64,000 nucleotides of DNA from Octopus vulgaris (Eukaryota), in the NCBI GenBank assembly GCA_951406725.2, contig OX597830.1, positions 186,001 through 250,000 on the forward strand, written 5' to 3'. The position numbers and the translations under genes are program-made. Below, piece by piece: positions 25,410 to 39,480 of this stretch; positions within the stretch are counted from its first letter, which is position 1; each line of letters opens with the position of its first letter. The notes under the pieces are model-generated. The model was not told the origin of the DNA. It searched no databases and was given only the letters and a program-made list of their open reading frames with translations.

Positions 25410-25950
25410 CTGCCCCCTCGTTATCGAGTATGGCCATTGCACGAAGCTTAATAAATGTTATCGTGCAAAGCCAGTACAAGAAGATTTTTTTTTTTAAATG
25501 AGGAAAGGCTGTGCACCGAGTCAATCCCACTCACTAAGCAACTGCAGCCGAAAAGAAGAACAAGTCAACATCTTGGGTAACCACTGAGCCGCAGATTTAT
25601 GTCGGAGTTATCCCAGTTACCTGAGTTACCTTCTCCGAGAAAGATGCCCTAACAAAGGCTAGGAGTCCTTCATTCCCAATGGTTTAACCGCGCGATCGGG
25701 TATGCAGTCCGATTATTTCTATGTCTCCGCGCATGATACAGCCTTAAGACATTTATTGGATGGCCGTTGACTCTCAAGAGCTCCTCCGCCCTTTGACGGG
25801 TTTTGTTTTTCATCCCGCAGGGTGTTCAATAAACACCCTCCTCACCAAGCAAGCTTGGTGGGGTTGCCGGTTTAGTCGCCGACGACCCGACCATGCAACA
25901 GGTTGTACTGGGTTACATGTTACCAGTAGCACTCGAAAGTGACCTAACAT
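25408..25950. mobile_element. ~550-bp hairpin-rich non-coding repeat, copy 1 (in (TA)n)
   Basis: Homologous to 37047-37598 (inverted) and 51156-51559. TA tracts on both sides. Confidence 0.85.
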
Positions 25951-26711
25951 AATATATATATATATATATACAGGACAGACTTCTTGCAAGCTAAAAGTAT
26001 TATCTCACATTACAATAGAGACGTAATACTGAAATAGTGTGAGATATGATATTGCTCTGGGCTCGCATTAGGCGAGAAGTTGGAAATGTTTTGGCCCATG
26101 ACACTGCATGGACCTTGGCTTTTGTATTTGACGACTGTTTCTTTAAGTATTTTATTTCGATTTTATGTATATATGTATGTATGAACCAATGGGGGAGACC
26201 TCTACATGGTAGCTAGACATTGTAGAAATAGCAGCTAAATCTCCCTCAAAACACCCTACTGTCTTAATCCGACAATTCTGCCTATTATGTTGTTTTAATG
26301 AGAAACTGTAACTAAAGATTATTAACCCCAAACTTGGACGGTAATGGAGATGTTTGGTGATTCAATGTGGTGGTTAATTTTGACAGATTCTTCTCAATAA
26401 AGATAATTGATTGGGAACGAATCTTAACACAATATATATACAACTTCAAGTGGAATCGGACATCATGAGAGAGAGAGAGAGAGAGATAGAGAGGGAGAGA
26501 GAGAAAGGAAAGAAGAGAGACTGCATAGCGACGGTTTTGGTTGACTGTGATCCTGTACTCCCCATGCTGCTAGCGAAATGGTATGTGCCGGCTGTCTGAG
26601 CAAACACGTTGCTTTTAATGGCGGAACGCCCCGCTCTCATGTATCGATGTTTAAAATTTCAGCGCGATCAAATGAGCAACACAAGTTATAAGCGCACAAA
26701 CAGACAGAACG

Positions 26712-26751
<40 letters not shown>

Positions 26752-26819
26752 ACCTCGTGAGTACCGCTGGCGATTTTTTTCCCTCTGTCTTCCCTTCTCG
26801 GGATCTTTCCTTCTCCTAT

Positions 26820-26854
26820 GTTTCCGACGAAGAGCTCCGCTCGAAACGTTAAAC
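26820..26854 (+). ncRNA. Very small type I hammerhead motif with CCGACGA core variant
   Basis: gttt-CCGACGA-a-gagc(tcc)gctc-GAAA-cg-TT-aaac. Helix I gttt/aaac, helix III reduced to the ACGT palindrome. Confidence 0.7.
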
Positions 26855-26954
26855 CCTCCTTCTTCCCTTCTTTCCTGAGCGTCCAATAATACTTTATTTG
26901 TTCCACGCCCTCGCGTTGTTGTGTTTTTTTTTTTTTGTGTTTTCTTGTTTGGAT

Positions 26955-27004
<50 letters not shown>

Positions 27005-27045
27005 CAAACGAACAATAACAGATGAATGAGATGGATAACTGCCAG

Positions 27046-27128
27046 TTCATTACAGCCGTTTCTTACGCATGTTTAATAGATGAATGAGTATATTATATCA
27101 TTGCAAAAATCCGTATTCATCAGATGAA
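27046..27128 (-). ncRNA. Type I hammerhead motif with extended helix II loop
   Basis: Minus strand: ttcat-CTGATGA-a-tacg...cgta-a-GAAA-cggctg-TA-atgaa. Confidence 0.7.
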
Positions 27129-28484
27129 ATGCTTAATTTCAAAACAATATAGGAACACTCCATGAACTCAGCAGGAATACGCCTATCCGCCACCGAGGTT
27201 GACAATGAATGGGAGAAAAACATAACACAAGCAATAATAACGGTTAAAATGGTGGAAATACATTAAGGATTTAGTTAGTGAGTTGGGGGGTTTTCTTTTT
27301 ACAAGCATGATTTTTCTATCACCTTTTATATTAATATCCTACCTCTATATTTCTTTACCAGATAAAAACAATATGTATAAAATTATATTTTCTATATCAG
27401 AGCTGACGTTAACATACCTACACACATATCTACCGGCATTCATAATCGTGAAGAATATTACCAATTAAATAATGTTTGAAACAATTTCTCCCGACACTCA
27501 GGTAACATTCGAAACTGAAATTGTAGAAATAAAATGGAAACTTAAATTTCTGTTAAGTTACTGACGTAAAAATAAAGCCTAATCCTTCGTGGTTTATGCT
27601 TCATGAACTGATTTGTTGTCATGAAGTAAACCGAAATTAAGCGCAGCTTATGAGAAGAAATATCATCTGTTCTTTTACATCAAATTGCTACTAAGTTCGG
27701 AGAAGCATATTTTTCAATCGATGCCCGAGTTGTGAGTTCACAGTTGTTTACATTTTGTCGTAAAACTTTAAGGACTTTTGAATCAATCAATTTACATTTT
27801 ATTTGAAAATTCAGTGCAGATAGAATGAAAGGAGGGATACAAACATGTATTTTATGAGATGAAGTGAGAAGCGATACAGCTCAAATAATTCGTTGGTTTC
27901 AAAATTATTACTTTTTTCTATGTAATTCTTTCCTTTGACTGTGATGACTGCACTGAAAGCTCTCCAGAGTCAACACCGGATTCTAATTGCTTTCAACACT
28001 TACTTCGTAGTTGCGAGTAAATGCTGATACACATACGCAGAGACAGACAATGACATACATGCATACGTATTAGTCTCAGAAACACACACACACACACATA
28101 GGTAATTAAGTAGAAAGGTAGAAATGTGACAAATGAAACATAAATGGTAGCTCTCTAGTATATAATTTGAAAGTTCTGCTATATAGAAATTGAAATTATA
28201 CTAAAAATGAGGGATAAAATCCCTGTTGGGGGATATTTAAAAAAAACAAAACCGACACGTGATTTTAGAAGAGTAAATGATGTTAGATGTGTATCTTGTC
28301 TTAAAAAGCTGCTAATGCTAATCTTTTCTCGAGATTAGTAGAGAAATATTTACGTAGGGTTGAATTTAGCAAATATAAAGACTATATATACTATATAAAC
28401 AACTGATATTGTTTATATCAACATGTTGTGTGCGCACGTGCATTCGTGTGTGTGAGTGCACGCGCGTGCGTGTGCGCGTATGCA

Positions 28485-28830
28485 GTCATGGTTATGAGAC
28501 GACGAAACTCCTTTGCAGCCCTGTGATTTCATGTTGAGTCCCACTGCGCAGCTCTTTCGCCAAGTGACTTCTTCTGTGAACCTTATGAACGAATTTGGTA
28601 GACGGAAAGTGTACGGAAGCTCGTCTTACATATGTGTACGTGAATTTGTGGCTATGTTTATCCCCCACGCTTGGAATGCGGTGCTGGTTTGTTTATTTCC
28701 ACATAAATAAGCGAATAGAATAATTATCAGTCTTAATAAGTTCTGGTGTCGATTGTTTGACAAAACACTTTACGTCTGTGATCCAGTAGGAACACAATTC
28801 CATTACTAAAATGAGTAGATGTACAGAAAA
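28485..28830 (+). mobile_element. Degenerate tRNA/CORE-type SINE
   Basis: Shares the ttggtagacggaaa...gaag block with 57560-57690 and has a degenerate tRNA-like head. Confidence 0.5.
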
Positions 28831-28994
28831 TAGTTATATGTATGGGCGCGCGCGCTCATCCGCCTCCATATATAAGAAATCAAAATGACAAGGCAATCGC
28901 AAATTGTGTCGTGAGCTTTGTTAGTTTACAGTTTTTTCTGCTACAAATGCAATGCACTCACTTTGTCCAGTGCCTAATCAAAGTTTGTGGGAAG

Positions 28995-29160
28995 GAGGAC
29001 AGTCGACTATATCGATCCCAGTACTCAGTACTTATTTTATCGACCCCAAAAGGTGGGGTAGGCAAAGTCGACCTCGGCGGAATTTGAACTCAGAACGTAA
29101 AGAGAGACGAAATGCCGCTAAGCATTTTGGCTGGCCTGCAAATGATTCTGACAGCTCGCC

Positions 29161-29161
<1 letters not shown>
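28995..29161 (-). mobile_element. tRNA/CORE-type SINE
   Basis: atcgacccc...ggcaaagtcgacctcggcggaatttgaactcagaacgta...ctcgcc. Same family as 29270-29447, 32550-32716 and the fragment at 24040-24090. Confidence 0.75.
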
Positions 29162-29220
<59 letters not shown>

Positions 29221-29269
29221 TAATAATAGTAATCCTTTCTATCATAGGCACAATACTTGAATATCTGTG

Positions 29270-29447
29270 GGGAGGGACTAAGTTGATTACATCGACCTTA
29301 GTATTCAACTGGTCCTTATTTTATCGACCCCTATTGGATGAAACACAAAGTAGACCCCGGCGGCATTTGAACTCAGAAGATGAAGACAGACAAAATACCG
29401 CGAATTATTTCGCCCGGCGTGCTAACTATTCTGCCAGCTCACCGCTC
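29270..29447 (-). mobile_element. tRNA/CORE-type SINE (second copy)
   Basis: Same blocks as 28995-29161. Confidence 0.7.
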
Positions 29448-30313
29448 TAATAATAATAACGATAACAAACAAACATAAGTTTTAAAACAAACATAATTTT
29501 AAAACAAACATAATTTTGGTATGGTTTTTTAGGCATTCACTAGTACAACACTAAGTACAAAACCAAATATATGGCACCCTAGGCATAACACCAACACGAA
29601 CTTCAAACTTGTTGTCTCTTGAGGTCTCTGGGTGAGACTTGGCGCCAGCTTGTGCAAATGTAAAGCAAAAGTCAAACATAGAATAATAATAATTATAACA
29701 ACAACAAGTGCACTCAGCGCAAACCAAGGCAACACAAACGTCCTCTGAACGATTAGCTAGAGATGATTTTTTAAAAATGAGAATATCTGAAATAAACTCG
29801 ACTGCACTCAAAGACGAGAATACGAAAAATGAATCCGACTATTCTCGAAAATTAAGTAAAAAAACCCAAAAAACAGGAAAAATAATCCAGAGTCCTTGTC
29901 CAGTAGCGGAACGATGCCAAAATCTAATCAGTTCGTGCCAGTCACGAGGCGAAACATCTCTGAAAGTATGTGATTCCTGTTGTTTATTGAAAAGTATTGT
30001 GACTCGTTTTATGTGTCATTGCAGCGGTGTGTGTGGTTGTGCTGTCCCTCAGCGTTTTGAGGGGAGTATGGCATGTAAAAAAATGTTTCACTCAGACCTT
30101 AGCGGGTTGAAGCTGTAAACATCTGAAGAAGAACTGTTAAGAGCTGTCGAAGTTATGATAAGGAATTGGAGGAAGAAGTAGGAAGTTCGCAGACGTCACC
30201 CGAGAATCGGATGATAATGTTGAGATCGAAATGGGAAAAATACAAGAAGCTATTAAGTTGGGACGGTTACAACGTGCAAGTAACGCCATCACCCGCAAGA
30301 AATAACAAAAATA

Positions 30314-30942
30314 ATGAAAGGAAGAACGGTGACATACAAAGCCTATTCAATTAAGAAGGAAAATATTGACCATATGACAATAGAACAAGTAGAGAAGTTG
30401 CTGATACCAATCTGGCAAGAAATATTATATCTTGCCAGAGGGTTGATATTCAGAGAAGTTGAGGTGAGGTTCAAAAATGAAAACACGGCGAAAAAACACT
30501 CGGCGACACCGCTAAGGAACGAAGAGTTATTACTTCTACCCACGTACCTGGGACCGAGAGCGTCTCGGGTAAGGGTGGAAGGCATTCCACCAGAGATAAA
30601 TGTGGCCTGGATAGCAGCCGCTGACTTGGTTGATACTGAGGACAAGATAGCGGTGCTCCAGGCCACAAAAACGAAAAGTGTGAATTGGAGAGACCAAATC
30701 TTGAATATGATTATTCAAGGTTCAAAAGAAGCGATAGAAGAAATGGCTGAAACGGTGAAGTGAACGAAACTATTATGAATGTAATGGTGGAGGGCAGGGT
30801 CCCTCACTGTTTTAAATGTGGCCAGAAGGGCCACATAAGAGGCAAATGCCCTCCACCGGAGAAAGAAGCTAAGAAAATGCAAGTAGATCCCCAGGAAAAG
30901 CCACAAGAGAAGCCCCAAGAGGAGAAAAAATGGTACGAGTAG
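30314..30942 (+). pseudogene. L1/Tx1-type ORF1 with CCHC zinc knuckle, no adjoining ORF2
   Basis: EVEVRF...LLLLPTYLG...GIPPE, then VEGRVPHCFKCGQKGHIRGKCP after a frameshift near 30760. Confidence 0.75.
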
Positions 30943-31731
30943 AAACCAAAAAAGAAAAAGAGGAAGAATGGGAAATATCAGAAAAAGAAAGAGAAGGAAG
31001 AGAAAAAGGATAAGTCCAACACATCCAGAACTACAACTACCTCAGGTCACTACAACTACCCAAGGTCCTCCTATACACCCTTTGTCCCATCCTCGCCCTG
31101 CAGACACTAAGCCTTCCCACTCCCCTCCATCACAAAAACAATGTGTTAAATCTCGAAAGAAATTAAAATTAAATTCACAAACTCTTAAAGTGTGTGCATA
31201 TATATTTTGGGAACTCCCTGTATGTTGATTTTGTGTGCTCATAGCAATTTTTGTTTTAGGAATATATTACATTACATAATACATGAAATAATACGATACA
31301 AACAAGTATGAATGTGTGTGTATTTATAAGTATATATATCTATTTAATAATATATATAACTATATGTAAATACGTTTAAAAATATGTGGATGCGATTAAG
31401 TGCGTGTGTGTGTATGTGCTTGCGTGTATACTTGTCTTTGTAAGTAAAACTTACTCAACTCATAATCTTAACTGGTATCTATTTATTCCCTATGTGCTTC
31501 CAATGAATATAGATTTATACATATATTAATAGACACGTATTCACAGATACACACAAGGACGTATATACTCGCACGTACGCACAAATGTATATATAATATA
31601 CATACAAACAGTGACACACACTTAGAAGTATATACACAGACCCATATATATATGTGCGTGTATGTATACAAACACGCGCATATATACTGGTATTGTCTCT
31701 CTTTACACACACACACACACACACACGCACG

Positions 31732-31779
<48 letters not shown>

Positions 31780-32549
31780 AAGTATATACACGTAAATATA
31801 CCCACAAACCAGTTGCCCAACCATGTGTATTCGTAAATAAATAATTCATAAGGATTACATGAAATCATAACAAAATCGAGAAACAATTCCAGAAATTTCA
31901 GAATCTTTGAATTTTGAAATTTACAATTCCAATCAAGACAACTCCGCCATGACAGTTATGGTGAATTCGAAACTAGAATGATATTTCTGTTTTTTAAATT
32001 TTGTTTTTCCTTCAAATTTGATTGAAATATATTATATTTTTTAAGTCAGTTATATTACATTGATGAACGCTTCCAGGCTTCATGGACCCTTTTTGTAAGT
32101 CGTTGTTTTTTGTTTCTATTCTGTTCACGCCTCCGCACGAAGAAGCTGACTTTGGTGAAGCGTTGTGAAGAGCATGATTTTTCTTTTGGCATTATCATTT
32201 TAGTTGATGCGAGAGTTTTCTAACTGCTTTCTATCTGGAATGTTGAAAAGTGCTCTATATTTTAGACTTACTAAACTAAAATCGTCTATCTCTCATAAAT
32301 CCTTCTATCTAGAACACACACACACACAATCACAAACACAATTTTTTTTCCTTAAGTAGAAGAAGCGATAGGAAAAAAAGAAGCTATACAGTACTGTGTT
32401 GGTAGTTATTTATCGACTGAAAGAAAGTGAAAGGCAAAGTTACTCGCGCTGGGTTTTAAATTCAGAATGCAGATAGCCGTAACGAGTAGCACAAATCTAT
32501 GTACTGACGCTAATATATATTTCCTTACTACCCACAAGGGGAGACAAAC

Positions 32550-32716
32550 GGATTAAGTCGATTACATCGACACCAGTGCGTAACTGGTACTTAATTTATC
32601 GACCCCGAAAAGATAAAAGGCAAAGTCAACCTCGGCGGAATTTGAACCCAGAACGTAACGGCAGACGAAATACGGCTACGCATTTCGCCCGGCGTGCAAA
32701 CGTTTCTGCCAACTCT
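32550..32716 (-). mobile_element. tRNA/CORE-type SINE
   Basis: gtcgattacatcgac...aactggtacttaatttatcgacccc...cggcggaatttgaacccagaacg...ctgcca. Confidence 0.75.
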
Positions 32717-33707
32717 AAAATCTGCTGCCTTCTACGCAGTGTCTCCTGCAACATGTATACAGGATATGAACAATTACAAACTAGGTGTTTTTAAAATACA
32801 TATAATTTTCAAAATTTAAGAGAATCTACAACCAGAATTTATTCTTTTATGAATTTTTGTTTTCAAACCAATAGCCGTCCTAGTTCAGGCACTGTTAATT
32901 ATGCAAAGAATTGGAATCACAAATATTTTGTTTGCTATTTGTGCTCATTGCTCTTTAATGGCTCTCTTTAAAGCATCGACTTTTGCCGTTTTATATACTG
33001 TATATCATAACTATCTCCATAAAAGTGTCTAGCGATGTGAGTCCCTTTGAATCGTCGTGATGCCAGTTTGACACCGCAAGTCACTTCAAAAGAATGGTGC
33101 AAATAATTCTATTGATTATAAGCCGCACCGTACTGTAATATCTGGTAAATTAACATGATGTTCGTCAGTAATATATGGAATAATTGAGTCATTTCTATAA
33201 GTTTAACCTTTTCAACACATCTTGTCAAGTACCTCAACATTTCAGATTGCATCTTTCTTCATTGAGAGCACAGACTATTCTTGGAATAGACCCTGTGCAA
33301 AATGTGGTAGACATTAATTTTGAAATGTCTATTTCCCGATTCCTCTTACCAAACAACTTTCCTTAAACTCTAGTAAAACATTTCTAGTATTCTTTGATTC
33401 GTGGGTCTCGTCGATGTACACGGTTTTCCAGAACATTTCTTGTGAATATTCTGAAGGCATATCCATCTGCTTGTAAGTTATCCCTAATTTGAGTCATGGT
33501 AAGTTGCAGTGGTAGATCACTGAAATTCCTTCCTAAATTGTCTTTGTAATTCAACTGCATTTTGAAACTCCCTGTATGATAAATTTCTTTGGGTTCAAAA
33601 CTGAGTTGGGTCTCTTCATTATTATATTTAAAGAGAAATATAACTCGATTCATCTGTGTATACATTTTGGGGGAGTGGATGTCGAATGTAGATGCATAAA
33701 TACATGT

Positions 33708-33788
<81 letters not shown>

Positions 33789-34769
33789 TTTTTACAATCT
33801 ATTACCGACGAGTAACAAAATACGCATAAATATTCTACGACGTAAGCGAAATATAATAGGTTATTTACAAAATCAGTGCACTATTGTGGTAGACGACTGG
33901 AAGAGTAGAAAGTTTATATTTATTGATGAATTTTATTGAATTACATTGAATATCATTGATATTTCTATTCACTGGTAGAGTATTATCAGTAATATTAATG
34001 TGAATTCTCTTTTGACAACATTAAACAAGTGTCGTAATTCACTTCATCATATCAGACTATATCGATCGACATTTATATTTGACCTTATGTCTGCGTTTTC
34101 TGCTGAAATGCTGACAAGAATATTCTTAATTTTGGAGTCATCATGGAGTTTGGTAAAATACATTGACAAAACCTCCTTGGCGTCTCTTTCCACTGAAAAT
34201 ATTCTTTGACGTCGATCTCTATCATTCTCTTCTACATTACTCATCATTTTTTCATGACATTTCTAATAAACGATCGTTGCTTTTGCTTTTTTAAAAAAAC
34301 AAACAATGTAAGAGGAATATGACTGTGAAATATACAAAGTATTTTCCTTCTGAATGATTTATATCAAAATTGAATTGTAGATTGGGTTTATGAGGTTGGG
34401 AAAAGTGTTGGAATTTGATAATATTCTATTTGAATTTTGCTGTGTTGGGATGAGCGACCTGCGGCTTATGTGTGAATTGGGTTGTGTTTGTGATGGTGAT
34501 GTCTGTGGTGATGGTGTTGATAGTGAAAGGACAATGTAGTTGACGGTATTGATGTGGCTGCTCTTGTGGGTGGTATTTGTGCATTTGTTCTCAAAGGTGT
34601 CTCCTCCCGCTGATCATATCTGCCGACTTTTGCCATTTAGGTGTTTTCATCGTCACCCACAACACAAGACAAGTCAGCTAGGATACTTGGAAGGTTCGCT
34701 GGCACCTAAGGTAACCTGTTGTAGCTGAATAGGAGGGTACTTGGCATCTAAGGTTACTTGTAGCCCAAT

Positions 34770-35112
34770 GGTAAGATATTTTCATTGACTTTACAGTCCC
34801 AAATGATAAAAAAAAATCAATGAGATATATAAAAAGCATAGCAAAGTACAAGGACCTAGCTATTAAATTACAGAGACTATGGAAAGTGCAGGTAAAATAT
34901 ATCCCAGTAGTTATAGGTGCATTAGGAACTATCCCTAAAGGTTTGAACAAATGAATAGAGGAAATAAGTATAAAACCCAGTTCAATACAGCTACACAAAA
35001 TAGTGTTATTTGTCACAGCTAGGATACTTATGAGGGTTGTTCGCATCTAAGGTTACTTGCTGTAGCCTAATGTTAGGATTTTTTCTCTTTCAATAGTTCA
35101 ATCTGTTGTATG

Positions 35113-35182
<70 letters not shown>
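34770..35182 (+). mobile_element. 3' fragment of an R4/Dong-type LINE with downstream (TAA)n
   Basis: IDFTVPND...AKYKDLAIKLQRLWKV...IPVVIGALGTIPK...ARIL, with (aat)n at 35115-35182. Confidence 0.7.
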
Positions 35183-35187
<5 letters not shown>

Positions 35188-35436
35188 TAATCCTTTCTAC
35201 TAAAGGCAGAAGGCCTTAAATTTTGGTGGAGGAGACTAATTGATGAGAGCAATCCCAGTGTTTCACTGGCACCTAATATTGACTGTTTATACACAATTGG
35301 TAGATGCTGAAAAGACAAAGGAACGTTTCAAATATTGTAAATATGGATAGACAGTATTTAGGTGTCCTCTAGGTGTTAACGCTATATATTTATAAATACA
35401 TACATGCTTGCAAGTATACATACATACATACATACA

Positions 35437-35467
<31 letters not shown>

Positions 35468-35756
35468 GTATATATATATATCGGCTTTACACAGAAGTAA
35501 GCATTACAAGCACAAGTAAGCCACAATGTATGGTTATCAAGATGATAAACAAAGTTTTAATACTTATTCATCAAGCCAAAAGTTCACAATGTAGATAAAT
35601 GTAGAGATTGTGAAATTTCATTTCAGAATTGAGACGTCTCTAAATGCTCAGAATTAATCAGACGAGAACACAATGAAAAAGTTATTTTCTCTTCTATATT
35701 GATGTTTATAAAATTATATATATATACATATACATATACATACATACATACATACA

Positions 35757-35838
<82 letters not shown>

Positions 35839-36347
35839 TCCACCTGAAAAGCCACCCGTTACAGAATGATTAACGAGATGTCTACTCAATCGAACAGATA
35901 CATTGGATGTTAAAGTCATTTTTATTTCTTTTCTTGCTTCATTTTAAAAACTTTCCTCATTATTTAAAACTACGAAACAATGGAAATAAAGAGGTGACAT
36001 GCTGTACTTCAGTTCTTTCTCACTCATTCTGACCATCTTTTTTTTTCCTTCATTTTTCATTCTCTATCATTCTTGGTATTCTTCTCCCCTCTAATTGATA
36101 TTGTCGATGCCCGTTTTTCTCATCATTACACCAGCAGCCCCAGCGTCGCTGCCACCGTCGCCGCCACCGTCGCAACCTTCTTCTTCTTCTTCTTCTTCTT
36201 CTTCTTCTTCTTCTTCTTCTTCTTCTTCTTTTTCATTTATACTTAATTATTCAGACTTTTTCCTCATTCTTACAGAGATTCTTCCTTCGAATATTGCAGT
36301 TGTCACGCCTCGTCCTCTTTCTTAGTCTTATCATCTTATCATCTTAA

Positions 36348-36464
<117 letters not shown>

Positions 36465-36876
36465 GTCTCTTTGTTCAGCGTTGTCACCATCATCACCATC
36501 CCCTTCATATTCCACCATATCATCGTAGTAGAGGTTGTCGTCGTCGTCGCCATCATCAAAAACCTCAATGTTTTCTCTCTCTTGAATCTCCATTATTCAT
36601 TGAAATGTTGCTAGTGCATTTAGTTGACTAACAAAGATAGAGAGGAAAACAATGGTTACGTCAATAAGTGCGTTGGTGTAGAAAGACATCAATACATGAA
36701 TATTTATATCTATCATCTGTATATATTGAGAGAGAGAGAGAAATAAAGAAAGTGAGAGAGGATAATTAGACTGAACCTGGTAAAATAGAGATAAAGGAAA
36801 ATACACGGTTGTTTATAAATCCATGTATATGTGTGTATGTATAAACATGCATGTACATATATACGTATATATATAA

Positions 36877-37633
<757 letters not shown>

Positions 37634-38199
37634 TGCATATACGCATACATATTATTCAACACTTTTCCTGTCAGAGAATTCGAAGAGTCACCAGAGGTTG
37701 ATCCCATGAAACCGTACATTCAACTCCCTTTCTGCCGTTTATACACATCTCCAAGGGAGATGTCGATTCTAGTGCTGAATATGATTAAACTTTCAAGTCG
37801 TCTTTAGTTAATCTTAAATTTCAGGCCTTCTAGAAATAATGATTTCCTTATATTCATTCCTTTCTTTTTTCCTCGTTTTTCTTATCCTCCATTCACTAGC
37901 ACACACACACACACTCCACAAAACGAATACACACTCTTTAGGTATCTGCGTGTATATTCTTTATAGCAATAAAAAAAAAATCCAAAATATCAAACGTTAT
38001 TAGTCTTGAGGTATCCACGATAATAAATTTCTTTTTTATGACCTTTGACATTTTCTACAGTCGGACAGACAGTCATATGTATCTTCAATCTACAATCATG
38101 TGTATATTCAGTGCAATAAAAAAGAATCCAAGAATCGGAGACATTTTCTTTCTGGTGGATAAAAAATTATTAACCTACTTTGGTTCATAAAGCATTGTC

Positions 38200-39480
38200 T
38201 GATTAACAAGACCAACGTTAAGAAGAGCTGAACATTTGAAGGGTTTATTGATAACTATGTGCTTTATTTGCGATGTACCTCGCTTCATTTTTCTGCCTTT
38301 AATGCGGTTCTCTTGAAAAAGCACGAGTGGATTGAGCATGTATTCTTCTCCGTAATATCCTCCCTACTGCAATTACATCCCAAATTTCTACATGGACAGA
38401 AAACACTTTTTAGAGTCGGATTTAAAACATTCTCTAAAAGTTTAACACGGAAGATAATTCTCCATAGATCTTTGAAATTCTTCCATCTTCCCTACAGACT
38501 ATATCGCCAGCTCAGCCTAGTCTGTTTTGTAACATGAAATATTCTGTTTGCGAATGTTAACCAATTTCAAGATTCCAATATCACTCCTATATTCTCTTCA
38601 CCGTTTAAACTTCTTTTGAATATACAGTGTTTAATATCTATATAATTTCGTAATCAAGATTGACATTCTTGCCATAGGAACATTTTGCTTTCCATCTCAG
38701 GAAGATAAAGAATAAGAGATTTACTAGGACTTTGTGTGAGACTTACATTGAAGTTTTATCGATTAGGATTTGATGATAGCTTCATTATGTATGTCAATGT
38801 CATAATCATCAGCTCAAAATAGGCCCAAAATTCAAATATTTATGGTTTAGAATAAAGCCATTTATACAGCAGTGTTTGTAGGGAATTGCCTCAGCACAAT
38901 TTTGGAAAGCAATTAAAAATATCTATTGTGAGGTTTATCTCAAAGCAAAAGGAGTTATATCACTGTTTTACACAACCAGTCATTGGAAATAAATCTCAAC
39001 ACTCTATGAATTACACCTCTTTTGGGAGGTTTTTCTAATATTCATAAAATAATCAAGACTTTGCCGAAAATTGTCCCCAACTCATTCAATGAATTAATGA
39101 ATCAATAATAGAAATCAAGTCACTATCGAATGTATCTGATGGGCAGAAAAACCTGACGGATTCGGGAAAAGGAGATTTTTCAAAGGGATATTTATAACAC
39201 GATACGTCAAGGGACGCCCAGACATATCAGAGACTACTCCCTTCCTCAGTGTCTGGTCATTGTATAGCAAGATGAGGCCAGAAACGGGTCCAGCAAAAAG
39301 GATAACAACGCATGTATTATCCCCTATTTGGATATCTGAGACAAGGTCAAGTGACCTCAAACCATTCAGACAAGACTTGCAACAATTCTGGCTGAACATC
39401 AAGAACATTTATCTCTTCAGTCTGACCCATTTATGCAAATGGCAGCGTCTCTGCAGTTCATCTGCTTACTCAATTGGAAG
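38200..39480 (-). mobile_element. Highly decayed L1-like LINE relic
   Basis: Weak APE-like N-terminal text (LNGLRS...D.SGR) at 39115-39408(-) and an ADD-like motif near 38810. Many stops. Confidence 0.3.

Noticed and set aside
32138-32170. gaagaagc...gaagcgttgtg, resembling a hammerhead relic
   Set aside because: Core incomplete on both sides.
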